Source: a virus (lineage: Duplodnaviria > Caudoviricetes). From it: a stretch of 35,863 nucleotides of DNA. Shown piece after piece: positions 16,255 to 24,382 of this stretch. The notes under the pieces were generated by a model. That model did not search any database and had not been told where the DNA came from. It saw only the letters and a program-made list of their open reading frames with translations. The position numbers were made by a program, and so were the translations under genes. Within the stretch, counting starts at the first letter, position 1. Each line of letters begins with the position of its first letter. The stretch covers positions 1-35,863 of the IMG/VR virus record IMGVR_UViG_3300015203_000018; one strand, given 5' to 3'.

Positions 16255-16424
16255 TCTATTTCTCCAAGTGTACGTACTGCGGACATAAGGTGAATGTTAG
16301 CTTCTGTTAGTTTACTACGTTTCTCGCTGGTAGGGGTTAGCATCATAAGCTTATCCACCCTATCTAGCGCCCGCCTTAGCTCGCGGGCTAACAGAATAAA
16401 CTCTGCGCGTTCGTAAGTATTCAT
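16251..16424 (-). CDS. small hypothetical protein MNTYERAEFILLAREL...
   Basis: 57 aa by manual translation; GGAGG RBS; coupled at both ends. Confidence 0.65.
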   Translation of the reverse strand: MNTYERAEFILLARELRRALDRVDKLMMLTPTSEKRSKLTEANIHLMSAVRTLGEIE

Positions 16425-16813
16425 TATTTAATCCTCCATGCTTGTGCGCCATTGGTAAAGTGAATCTCGTTGTTGGGGGTGCGTACGCAATACCCGAATG
16501 CTACTATAGCGCGTACGCTCTCTAGCGTCAAGTCCGTGCCTACGCTCTCGCCCTCTTTATCTGTCGCTAGTATCAAGCCCTTGCCTGCCAGATACGCGGG
16601 GTTATCTCCGTCTACGCGAAACATGCCTACGTCGCGGGCCTTGCCATTAAGTAAACCCTCGTCGTCTACGTAGATAGTATTCTCGGCCTTATCTCCTAGT
16701 CTAACACAATCGAAACATGCTGCATCTATAAGTCTATAGATATGCTTATAGTCTCCGTTCCATTCGACCTCTGTTACTGTTTCGTCTTGGGGATTGATTA
16801 GTATTGCGCGCAT
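16424..16813 (-). CDS. DUF3846-like protein
   Basis: MRAILINP...IYVDDEGLL...LAGKGLILATDKEGES. Confidence 0.75.
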   Translation of the reverse strand: MRAILINPQDETVTEVEWNGDYKHIYRLIDAACFDCVRLGDKAENTIYVDDEGLLNGKARDVGMFRVDGDNPAYLAGKGLILATDKEGESVGTDLTLESVRAIVAFGYCVRTPNNEIHFTNGAQAWRIK

Positions 16814-16830
16814 GATAGTTCCTTATGTTT

Positions 16831-16873
16831 GCGGGCGTTAGCCCGTTAGTTCCCCCGGCAATCTCGCCGGGGG
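16831..16873 (-). other. tandem intergenic hairpins
   Basis: CCCCCGGC...GCCGGGGG and CGGGC-TAAC-GCCCG ahead of the RBS. Confidence 0.55.
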
Positions 16874-16886
16874 TTGTCGCCGCTGC

Positions 16887-17819
16887 TTATAGCTCTGTAT
16901 CTATATGCCGCTGCTTCTCTAGCTGCCTATTAACCCATGCTACCGGGTCGGTCGTAAGTATATGCTCGTCTACTAACCCGGCCCCTTGTATAACTATATC
17001 TTGCGGCGCTAGGTTTAGTACTGTGCGTATCATCTTCTCGCGTTCATCCCAATGGTCGTACGTATTCCAGCACCAGCCCCCGGTTAGGCGTCCCTCGCCC
17101 AGTGTCATACGCATATGCTCAAAGAAAATGTTGCGCTTAAACTGGCGGCTAGTGAATACTGCGACGCACTCGGCTAGGCTAATAGGGCTGCACCCCATCC
17201 TAATCATGCCTGCCGATATAGGCCCGATGCTAGTTTTCTGATTCATCCACGTAGAATATAACTCAACTGGCCTAGTCTCGCTTAGTTTCATAACTAGCGC
17301 CGCGATAGCCGCGCCTTGCGTTGCGATAGTGTATTCACTAATACCACCCGATACCATTATCTCAACACATACCCTAATCGGGCTGTTATCATCCTCGCGT
17401 TCCGTCCTTGCCCGCATACAATCGGGCGCACCTGCTAGATAGTCCGGTACTACGGGGTATGCCCCGTATACGCTAGGCGTCCATGCTTGCTGCGTTCTGT
17501 CATGGATAGCCGCGTCTACCTTATCCACTAACGCTTGCGCTCGTATGTATTCCCTATCGCTTTTCTCTGCACCGCGACTAACATACTTAATCGCTTCGCT
17601 TAGGGTGCAAGCCGCACTCCAATTACTTTCCCTAGAGTACTCCCCAGTACCCCTAGCCGCTACAGTTAGGAATTCGTCTAGTGAAGCGTACGCATTAAAC
17701 CGTACTTCTTCACCCCTAACCTGCTTCACTACCTGCGGCGCTAGCATAACTAGCGGACGTAAATCCTCCCGGTATACGGTAGGCTTGCTTACTGTGCGGT
17801 ATCGTTTACGGTATGCCAT
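16887..17819 (-). CDS. AAA-ATPase partner protein (vWA/CobT-like)
   Basis: GAYPVVPDYLAGAPDCM followed by a beta-alpha unit (IRVCVEIMVSGG...GAAIAALV...PVELY); lies directly downstream of the MoxR-type ATPase. Confidence 0.65.
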   Translation of the reverse strand: MAYRKRYRTVSKPTVYREDLRPLVMLAPQVVKQVRGEEVRFNAYASLDEFLTVAARGTGEYSRESNWSAACTLSEAIKYVSRGAEKSDREYIRAQALVDKVDAAIHDRTQQAWTPSVYGAYPVVPDYLAGAPDCMRARTEREDDNSPIRVCVEIMVSGGISEYTIATQGAAIAALVMKLSETRPVELYSTWMNQKTSIGPISAGMIRMGCSPISLAECVAVFTSRQFKRNIFFEHMRMTLGEGRLTGGWCWNTYDHWDEREKMIRTVLNLAPQDIVIQGAGLVDEHILTTDPVAWVNRQLEKQRHIDTEL

Positions 17820-17844
17820 TGTAATATCCTCGGTTAGTTAACTG

Positions 17845-19218
17845 CTAACACCGCGCCTGCACTTGGCGCACCTGTTCGGCAGACAGTCCTTTAAACACCA
17901 CCGATTGTAGCACTTCCGATTCTGGCACGCCATCCTTCAACAGTACCGCGCCACGGATACTAGCACGCGGGCTGACTACATGCTTAATGCCGCAGTCATG
18001 CACCGCTCGCCTGATGGTCTGCACCTTACTAACCCAATAATCATTACCGGCAAGCGTACGCTCGAACGCTTCATCATAGTCCCACGTAAGGGTAATAAAC
18101 CTGTCAAGCGTAGCAGCGTCTAACTTATTGCGGCCTACGTACTCATGCGTTGCGCCTGTCCCATACGTATTACCTGCGGCAATGATTATACAGTCGGGGT
18201 GCCTTGTCACCATCTCATCCCCGAATATACAGAACCCGTTCTCTAACGCGGCCTGCATGGCTACATATGCGAAGGGGTTGCCGCCGTCTATTTCATCCAC
18301 AAGAAATACCCCGCCGTACTTAAACACTTTATAGAATGCGGTTTCGACAAACTCGCCTAGTGCATTCTTAAATCCTAGCATCTTGTATTCCGTATCCACT
18401 GCACCGGTATAGTAGAACGGCAAGCCTAGCGCAGTCGCTACTGATTGCGCTGCCGTAGTCTTACCGCTACCCGTTGGCCCCGGTATCAGTACCGGAAACA
18501 CGAAACCCTTATAGTCGCGTTGCTGGCAGTAAGTAAGTAACCGTGGGAATGTCTTGTGCTGTACCCCTAAGTCTACCGCTGGTCTACTTTCATCCGCTAC
18601 CTGCACTACGATACGTTGCGGCCTATCTACTCCCCGCAATTCTTCCCGCACTATCTCGCGGATTGTGTCATGGTCTATATCGCCAACCCCTAACGCATCG
18701 CGTAGCACTTGCGCTAGCGCATCATTGCCAACGGGGTTATTAGCTTGCGGTGCTACATGCTTCGTTGCGGGTTTAGCTTGCGGTGCTACATGCTTCGTTG
18801 CGGGTTTAGCTTGCGGCTCTGCATCCGGCTCTGCATCCGGCATAGGCCTATCCCGACGCACTGTTGGCGTTGCCGCCGCAGGATGGTACGCATCCTGATA
18901 CTGTGAAGCTTGCGCTTGTCCTTCCGGCGTTCCCACGTTATTAAAAATGGTCATGGGTTTACCGGACGTTGCGCGGTTACGGTAAGACTCCGCACGTTGT
19001 TCCAGCGGCGGCAAGGCTGTTTCGATTGCCGCCCTATGCTGCGGATACGTTGCGACTAGCCATTGTGCGAAGTGCGCCTTGCGCGGAGTCTCAAAACGAG
19101 TCTGCCAGTTAACCCGCACTTGGCATACGTCTAATGCTAGCTTTTCGATATCGCCTGTAATGCAGTTAGCAATGCGGTGCGCGAGTGTATCAGTGAAGTT
19201 AAAATTAATGGTAGGCAT
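17845..19218 (-). CDS. MoxR/CobS-like AAA+ ATPase
   Basis: Walker A GPTGSGKT, Walker B FLVDEID, AAGNT, LDAATLDRF, SPRAS. Confidence 0.9.
   Translation of the reverse strand: MPTINFNFTDTLAHRIANCITGDIEKLALDVCQVRVNWQTRFETPRKAHFAQWLVATYPQHRAAIETALPPLEQRAESYRNRATSGKPMTIFNNVGTPEGQAQASQYQDAYHPAAATPTVRRDRPMPDAEPDAEPQAKPATKHVAPQAKPATKHVAPQANNPVGNDALAQVLRDALGVGDIDHDTIREIVREELRGVDRPQRIVVQVADESRPAVDLGVQHKTFPRLLTYCQQRDYKGFVFPVLIPGPTGSGKTTAAQSVATALGLPFYYTGAVDTEYKMLGFKNALGEFVETAFYKVFKYGGVFLVDEIDGGNPFAYVAMQAALENGFCIFGDEMVTRHPDCIIIAAGNTYGTGATHEYVGRNKLDAATLDRFITLTWDYDEAFERTLAGNDYWVSKVQTIRRAVHDCGIKHVVSPRASIRGAVLLKDGVPESEVLQSVVFKGLSAEQVRQVQARC
18740..18841. repeat. 33-bp x2.3 and 12-bp x2 in-frame tandem repeats in the ATPase linker
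   Basis: Encode PDAEPDAE and (PQAKPATKHVA)x2. Confidence 0.9.
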
Positions 19219-19307
19219 GGTAATGCTTCCTGTGCATTATGTTACATGGCAGTCTAGCCGCCGGGGTTGCTAGTCTAGCTAGCGGGTTGCTACTGTGTCG
19301 CACTTCG

Positions 19308-19499
19308 TTAAATATCGTTAGCGTAGTCCGTAATACGGACGGCCCTATCGTAGTCCTTTACCTGCCGCGTGTCAATCTTGTGCCGCTCTATCTCGCGGTA
19401 CTGCGCGTGCCTTGTTTCCATCCGTGCGCCACGGTCTAGCCTTACTGCGCGGTGCGCCTTGTTAGGGGTTAAGCAGCCCGCTAATGTTAGGTTACGCAT
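19308..19499 (-). CDS. small basic hypothetical protein
   Basis: ATG 19499 follows an AAGGAA RBS just downstream of the ribozyme. Confidence 0.6.
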   Translation of the reverse strand: MRNLTLAGCLTPNKAHRAVRLDRGARMETRHAQYREIERHKIDTRQVKDYDRAVRITDYANDI

Positions 19500-19519
19500 G
19501 ATGATAGTTCCTTGTGTCG

Positions 19520-19589
19520 GCAAGCTGGCCTTATCAGCGTGAGCCTTACTCACGGACAGTAGCAGGGTTACTGCTACTGTTTCGGCCTG
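19520..19589 (-). ncRNA. type II hammerhead ribozyme with variant core CUGAUAA
   Basis: GGCC-GAAAC-AGTAGCAG-TAACC-CTGCTACT-GTC^-CGTGAG-TAAGG-CTCACG-CTGATAA-GGCC-AGCTTGC. Stems I-III are perfect, and loop I can pair with the 3' tail. Confidence 0.88.
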
Positions 19590-19593
19590 TTTG

Positions 19594-20709
19594 TTAGTAT
19601 GTGAAGCCATAGTTACTACCGCAGTTACCCGCGTACCATGCGCGGTGCTGTATATTCTTTGCAAACTTCCGATACCGTTTAACTGGCAACCCTAGTGCCG
19701 CGATAAACTCTAGGAAGCGTTTAGTATCATATTGCCAGTCATTATCGGTAGTCCTGCTACCTGTTGGCAAGTCACGCTCGTATACCGGCAGACTGTAATC
19801 ATTATCCGCGATACGCTTTTCGATCATAGCGCAGTACGCGATAACGAAACTAATGTATAGCTCGTAATCCTTTACCTGCTTAGGTGCTTGAAAACATCTA
19901 AACTCTAACGTACCGCCACCATGATACGAAGTGCGTAGTATTCTACAATTGCCCGCACAGTCCATCCTACCCTGTATATCCAGCAAGCTTTTCGGCTTCG
20001 CTTGCGTACCGTATATGTTTGCATCGGCCCATTGCATCGGCCTTGCATTGCGGCTATCGGCAAAGTAACTAAATGCCCTGCTAATGTATGGACGGTACAG
20101 CATATCCGCTAGCGTAGTCTGAGTAAACATGTCCGCGCTATATCCAAAGTTACTTAACCCTACATGGATATGTGCGCCACCGCCCGCTGTATGTTGGCTA
20201 GTATGCGACAATCCCGCACTTCGTATTACCTTATCCAGATAACCCGCACTTGCACTAAATGTAGCGTAGTCACTACATGGGTTAGTAGGAATCTCTACGC
20301 ATCCGCAATCTGTATCTATCCGCCAGTATCTAGCCCGGATATCATCCGGCATGTTCTCCACTAACGCATTTACTGTCCGGCGGTGATACAGCTCCATGTG
20401 GTAGTAATCCGTTGCATGTTCTCCACTATACTTAACCGGAAAAGGCGCAGTCCATGTTAGCTCTACGCCTAGTGTATGTGGGAAAGGTTGCGCAGTTTGC
20501 TCCATTGTCGCTGGTAATGGGGTTAGCTTAGTGCGCCGAATTGTGCGACGGCTTGGCGGTCGCCATTTACTACCACCGAATAGGCTAGGCCAAGTATCCG
20601 TTAGTTCAGTAAGGGTAAGGATAGGCTGTAGCCAGTCAAACCTATTGGGTTCGGTGTCCCACGGATTAACTACTGCAAGTAACTGCGGCTTGATTGTGGA
20701 AGTTTGCAT
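19594..20709 (-). CDS. putative amidoligase (COOH-NH2 ligase, glutamate-cysteine ligase fold)
   Basis: TLGVEL, DCGCVEIPT, GGAHIHVG, TLEFR. Start taken at ATG 20709 with a GGAG RBS (ORF track gives 20772). Confidence 0.8.
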   Translation of the reverse strand: MQTSTIKPQLLAVVNPWDTEPNRFDWLQPILTLTELTDTWPSLFGGSKWRPPSRRTIRRTKLTPLPATMEQTAQPFPHTLGVELTWTAPFPVKYSGEHATDYYHMELYHRRTVNALVENMPDDIRARYWRIDTDCGCVEIPTNPCSDYATFSASAGYLDKVIRSAGLSHTSQHTAGGGAHIHVGLSNFGYSADMFTQTTLADMLYRPYISRAFSYFADSRNARPMQWADANIYGTQAKPKSLLDIQGRMDCAGNCRILRTSYHGGGTLEFRCFQAPKQVKDYELYISFVIAYCAMIEKRIADNDYSLPVYERDLPTGSRTTDNDWQYDTKRFLEFIAALGLPVKRYRKFAKNIQHRAWYAGNCGSNYGFTY

Positions 20710-20743
20710 GATACTGACTCCGATTGGGTTTAGGTTGTGGGGT

Positions 20744-20956
20744 TTACTCTGCCGCGTGCCAGTCTGCCGCATTGTCTTGTGTTATGTATCCATAATCGTA
20801 TAGGCCATGCTTAATTGGGATACTGAATTGCCCCGGCCTTGTTTTCCACGTCTTTGTTTTACCGTTGCGACGTGCGCGCATAGGCGTTCCATCCGCATTA
20901 CGTACTGTGTTATGCGTAAAGCGATTCGCGATGATGCTAGTTTCGTAACTAATCAT
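20744..20956 (-). CDS. small conserved phage early protein
   Basis: RRNGKTKTWKTRP..F.IPIKHGLY; start GGAGCATTACC-ATG at 20956. Confidence 0.7.
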   Translation of the reverse strand: MISYETSIIANRFTHNTVRNADGTPMRARRNGKTKTWKTRPGQFSIPIKHGLYDYGYITQDNAADWHAAE

Positions 20957-21030
20957 GGTAATGCTCCAATAGGTTAATTTACCACTAACGGGTCGGCAGA
21001 ATTGCCGGGTATCCGTCTGCCGCACTATCT

Positions 21031-21500
21031 GGAAACAGGAAACATGGCACAAGCTTGAAACGTGCTACAGATTATACGCCCCTATCCTGAAACAGGAAAC
21101 AGGGCACAAGCTTGAAACAGGAAACAAGCACGCACTAGGATGAAACAGGAAACAGCGAATTCTACAGATGGAGTTTGTAACAATGAAACAGCCGTCCTGC
21201 CTAGCTTGTAGCTTTGTAGCATCGCTGGCGACAAGGTAGGAAAGTCTTTAGAGGGTACAGATAACTGTTTCTGTTTCATTACAGTGCAAGGGTAGTGTAA
21301 GAATAGTGCGGAATAAATCATATATGCGCTGTAGTTTTCACGAAACAATGCAACAATGCTACAAACTAATAGCAGCATGGCTATCCTTGTTTCTGAACAT
21401 GCTACAAACTGAAACAAACACAATGCCGCAACACGAAACCCGCACTAATTGGAAACAGGAAACCGCGCACTAAGACGAAACAAGAAACAACGAAACAGAA
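21031..21500. repeat. array of about 20 GAAACA-like boxes (iteron- or operator-like)
   Basis: GAAACAGGAAAC doublets, GGCACAAGCTTGAAAC x2, and inverted TGTTTC copies near 21265, 21272 and 21388. Confidence 0.85.
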
Positions 21501-21529
21501 TTCTATGTATCGCTATTCACCGCGATTAA

Positions 21530-21736
21530 CTACAGGCCGCACGCTGCCATAAACCGGCCCTTGTCGAATCTAGGATTATCGCGTTGCGCGATACTAGCGA
21601 ACATATCCGCAAAATCCTTGCGCGCTGTATCTAGTACCTTATTAGCTGCGGCATGATGCTCGCTATTAACTAAGCAGTTATGCCATTTTGCCAGTTTGAT
21701 TGCCTCTGCCATTGCGATATAGTCTTTACGTGTCAT
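21530..21736 (-). CDS. small conserved phage early protein
   Basis: MTRKDY..MAEAIK...DNPRFDKGRFMAACG; GGAGTATTACC-ATG. Confidence 0.75.
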   Translation of the reverse strand: MTRKDYIAMAEAIKLAKWHNCLVNSEHHAAANKVLDTARKDFADMFASIAQRDNPRFDKGRFMAACGL

Positions 21737-21852
21737 GGTAATACTCCGGTTTGATTATACTTGCGACGGATTAGACTAGCTGCGACGGATTAATTAATCC
21801 CATTACTATGCTAGTCCGCTGGTATCGGCCTGCTACTCTTTGCCGATGTGCC

Positions 21853-21861
21853 ATTATAACA
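21853..21861 (-). promoter_or_regulatory. extended -10 early promoter (TGTTATAAT)
   Basis: Perfect TGnTATAAT facing the early arm. Further minus-strand TATAAT boxes lie near 21754 and 21072. Confidence 0.6.
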
Positions 21862-22113
21862 CGCCTAGCCTGTTAACTAAACTACCTTCCGTGATACTGC
21901 CATTAACTAACCTCCGCGCCATTAACTAATGCCATACTGCGATACCCTATACCCTACCCCATGCGGACTACGACACCACCGACCCCTCCCCGTCGCGACC
22001 CCACACACCTTGTCACCCTTATAATAGATACCTCTAAAAATTTCTACCGGCTAAAACACGTCGTCCCTACATTATCTAGCTAACTCACCTCTATAACGCA
22101 ACAACATACGCAC

Positions 22114-22142
22114 TTGACACGCAACGCACGCTCCGCTAGTCT
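22114..22142 (+). promoter_or_regulatory. sigma70 promoter for the terminase operon
   Basis: TTGACA-N17-TAGTCT. Confidence 0.65.
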
Positions 22143-22197
22143 CACGCCAAAGCATCTATGTTGTAGAAAATACTACAAGGCGTATCCCCGAAAACCT

Positions 22198-22809
22198 ATG
22201 TCTGCCGTGCCTTCCAGCCCTACTACCTTTACTGACTCACTCCCGGCCAGAGCGCGAAACCTGCGCTTTAGGTATGTAGGGAGTCCGTACCAATTCCTAG
22301 ACGAACTAGGAATCATGGTAATTAAGGAGTACATATATAAAGGCGCTATGATTATCGACGTAGCGGAAGCGTTAAACGTCCCCGTTACCGTCTTGAAAAC
22401 ATGGATCAACGAGAATAATCACGAAGCAGATATAGAAGAAGCATCTATACTCTCTGCCGAAGGCTACATACGTACGGGTGAGCAGCTACTTAAGGCAGCT
22501 ACAAATGCGTTTGAGTTGAATAAGGCTAAGGCTATTATTGAACATGGACGCTTTATGGCTAGCAAGAAGGATAAGAAAACCTACGGGAACCAGATCGAAG
22601 TAACAGGTGGCCCAGCACAGGTTCATTATATCTTCTCTATACCGGCATCCGCACCGCAGATACTAGACGCTAAAGCGCCAGAAGTACCGCTAATAGAAGC
22701 TGAGTACAACATCATGCCGCGCCTAGACCTGACAGCGCTTGGACTACCGCCTAAAGAGGCATCTAGCGTACTGCACAGCGGGGTACGGCCTGTGGAGGTA
22801 CCGGAATGA
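22198..22809 (+). CDS. terS: terminase small subunit
   Basis: HTH IIDVAEALNVPVTVLKTWI and FMASKKDKKTYG (Sf6 gp1-like); directly upstream of TerL. The ORF-track TTG at 22114 is the -35 box. Confidence 0.8.
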   Translation: MSAVPSSPTTFTDSLPARARNLRFRYVGSPYQFLDELGIMVIKEYIYKGAMIIDVAEALNVPVTVLKTWINENNHEADIEEASILSAEGYIRTGEQLLKAATNAFELNKAKAIIEHGRFMASKKDKKTYGNQIEVTGGPAQVHYIFSIPASAPQILDAKAPEVPLIEAEYNIMPRLDLTALGLPPKEASSVLHSGVRPVEVPE

Positions 22810-24305
22810 GCGCGACACCAGAAGCTATACCGCCACAGCCTACCCAGGAGCAGTACTCGTCTACGACTAAAAAGACGTTTACCTATGTAGCAGAGCCGAC
22901 GTTAGCCCTGTTGCATAACGATAGGAACGTACAGGTTCAGTACATCGAAGGGCCGTTCGGTAGCGGTAAGAGTACTGGCTGCATCATGGAGATACTTATG
23001 CGGGCGATGCGGCAGAAGCCGTATCAGGGCGTGCGTAAGAGTCGTTGGGCTATTATTAGAAATACGTACCCAGAGCTAAAAACAACTACAATCAAGACCT
23101 TCCAAGAGTGGATACCTAATAGTATAGCGCCTATAGTCTACTCCATGCCTATCGTGTGTAACTTCAAGCAGAAGCTACAGGACGGTACTATAATGGGGCT
23201 ACAGGTGTACTTCATGGCGTTGGACACGCCAGAGGACGTAGCGAAGCTACTTAGCTTGGAGCTAACGGGGGCGTACATAAATGAGGCCCGCGAGGTACCG
23301 TGGGAGATAGCCGAGGGTCTGTTAGGCCGTATAGATCGGTTTCCGCGAGTAGATGAAGGTGGGGCGAGTGAGCCGGGGCTACTGCTAGATAGCAACCCGC
23401 CACGTACGAACCATTGGACGTATATCAAGTTTGAGACAGGCGAGACACCTGTAGGGTGGAGGAAATATAAGCAACCGCCTGCGGTGTTCATGGATCAGGC
23501 TACAGGCGCGTGGGTATGTAATCCAGATGCGGAGAACCTAACCCACCTTAGCCAGAACTACTACCAGAATCAGTTAGCGCTAGGCGAAGAACATATCCGC
23601 GTTAACTTAGCGGGTGAGTTCGGCATGAGCCGTAAGGGCAAGCCGGTGTTTAGTAAGTTTAGTGAGACAAGGCATGTTAGTAAAGAAGTTTTACTACCAC
23701 AGCGGGGTATAAGTATCCTATTAGGTATCGACTTCGGGCTAACGCCGGGAGTAGTTATAGCGCAGCTTGGGTATAAAGGGATAGTACTGCTAGACGAGTT
23801 ACCGGCTACAGATGAGTCCCTAGAGGACTTCCTAGATGAATACGTACTGCCCTTACTACGTTCTAAGTATCAGGGATACGCAGTCGTGGCGTGCGGCGAC
23901 CCAGCAGGCAGCGGTAGGCAGAGCATTAATAAGATGACTAGTATCGGCGCGATGAATCAGCGCGGGATAAAAACATACCCAGCTATAACTAACGTGTTCC
24001 AGAAGCGTAAGGAAGCGGTAGATTTCTTTCTGGGTAGGGATGAAGGGTTCGTTGTAAGTAAGCACTTGACGCACGTACGAGAGGCGTTAGGGGCGGGATA
24101 TGTCTATAAAGAACAACGCAACGCAAACGGTAAGACGTTAGATATCCCAGATAAGAACGAGTTTAGCCACATAGCAGATGCTATCCAGTACCTATGCCTA
24201 TACGCTAGATACGGGGGCGGTAGCCTTGCCAGAGCCGTTGGATCGGGGGGAAGCCGCGCCGCAGGGGGCGATAGCAAGCCGGGAGGCGGGTTCCTGTGGG
24301 CTTGA
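22806..24305 (+). CDS. terL: terminase large subunit
   Basis: Walker A GPFGSGKS, Walker B AYINEA, DSNPP, nuclease GIDFG...SHIADA. Confidence 0.95.
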   Translation: MSATPEAIPPQPTQEQYSSTTKKTFTYVAEPTLALLHNDRNVQVQYIEGPFGSGKSTGCIMEILMRAMRQKPYQGVRKSRWAIIRNTYPELKTTTIKTFQEWIPNSIAPIVYSMPIVCNFKQKLQDGTIMGLQVYFMALDTPEDVAKLLSLELTGAYINEAREVPWEIAEGLLGRIDRFPRVDEGGASEPGLLLDSNPPRTNHWTYIKFETGETPVGWRKYKQPPAVFMDQATGAWVCNPDAENLTHLSQNYYQNQLALGEEHIRVNLAGEFGMSRKGKPVFSKFSETRHVSKEVLLPQRGISILLGIDFGLTPGVVIAQLGYKGIVLLDELPATDESLEDFLDEYVLPLLRSKYQGYAVVACGDPAGSGRQSINKMTSIGAMNQRGIKTYPAITNVFQKRKEAVDFFLGRDEGFVVSKHLTHVREALGAGYVYKEQRNANGKTLDIPDKNEFSHIADAIQYLCLYARYGGGSLARAVGSGGSRAAGGDSKPGGGFLWA

Positions 24306-24330
24306 CGCGGAGCCGGAAGCCGCCTACGGT
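24302..24330 (+). promoter_or_regulatory. sigma70-like promoter for lysis and head genes
   Basis: TTGACG-N17-TACGGT. Confidence 0.55.
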
Positions 24331-24382
24331 CATATAAGCTTTGGGGCTGGGCAGCCGCCTTACTATATAGGGACGCCGATAG

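Noticed and set aside
19500-19664. N-terminal extension of ORF 19308..19664
   Set aside because: It overlaps the amidoligase 3' end and runs through the hammerhead. A good RBS and ATG exist at 19499.
21031-21500. CRISPR array, or the 113-aa ORF 21082..21423
   Set aside because: Repeats are 6-16 bp, irregularly spaced and in both orientations, with no repeat-spacer periodicity. The ORF is a low-complexity translation of the repeats with no RBS.
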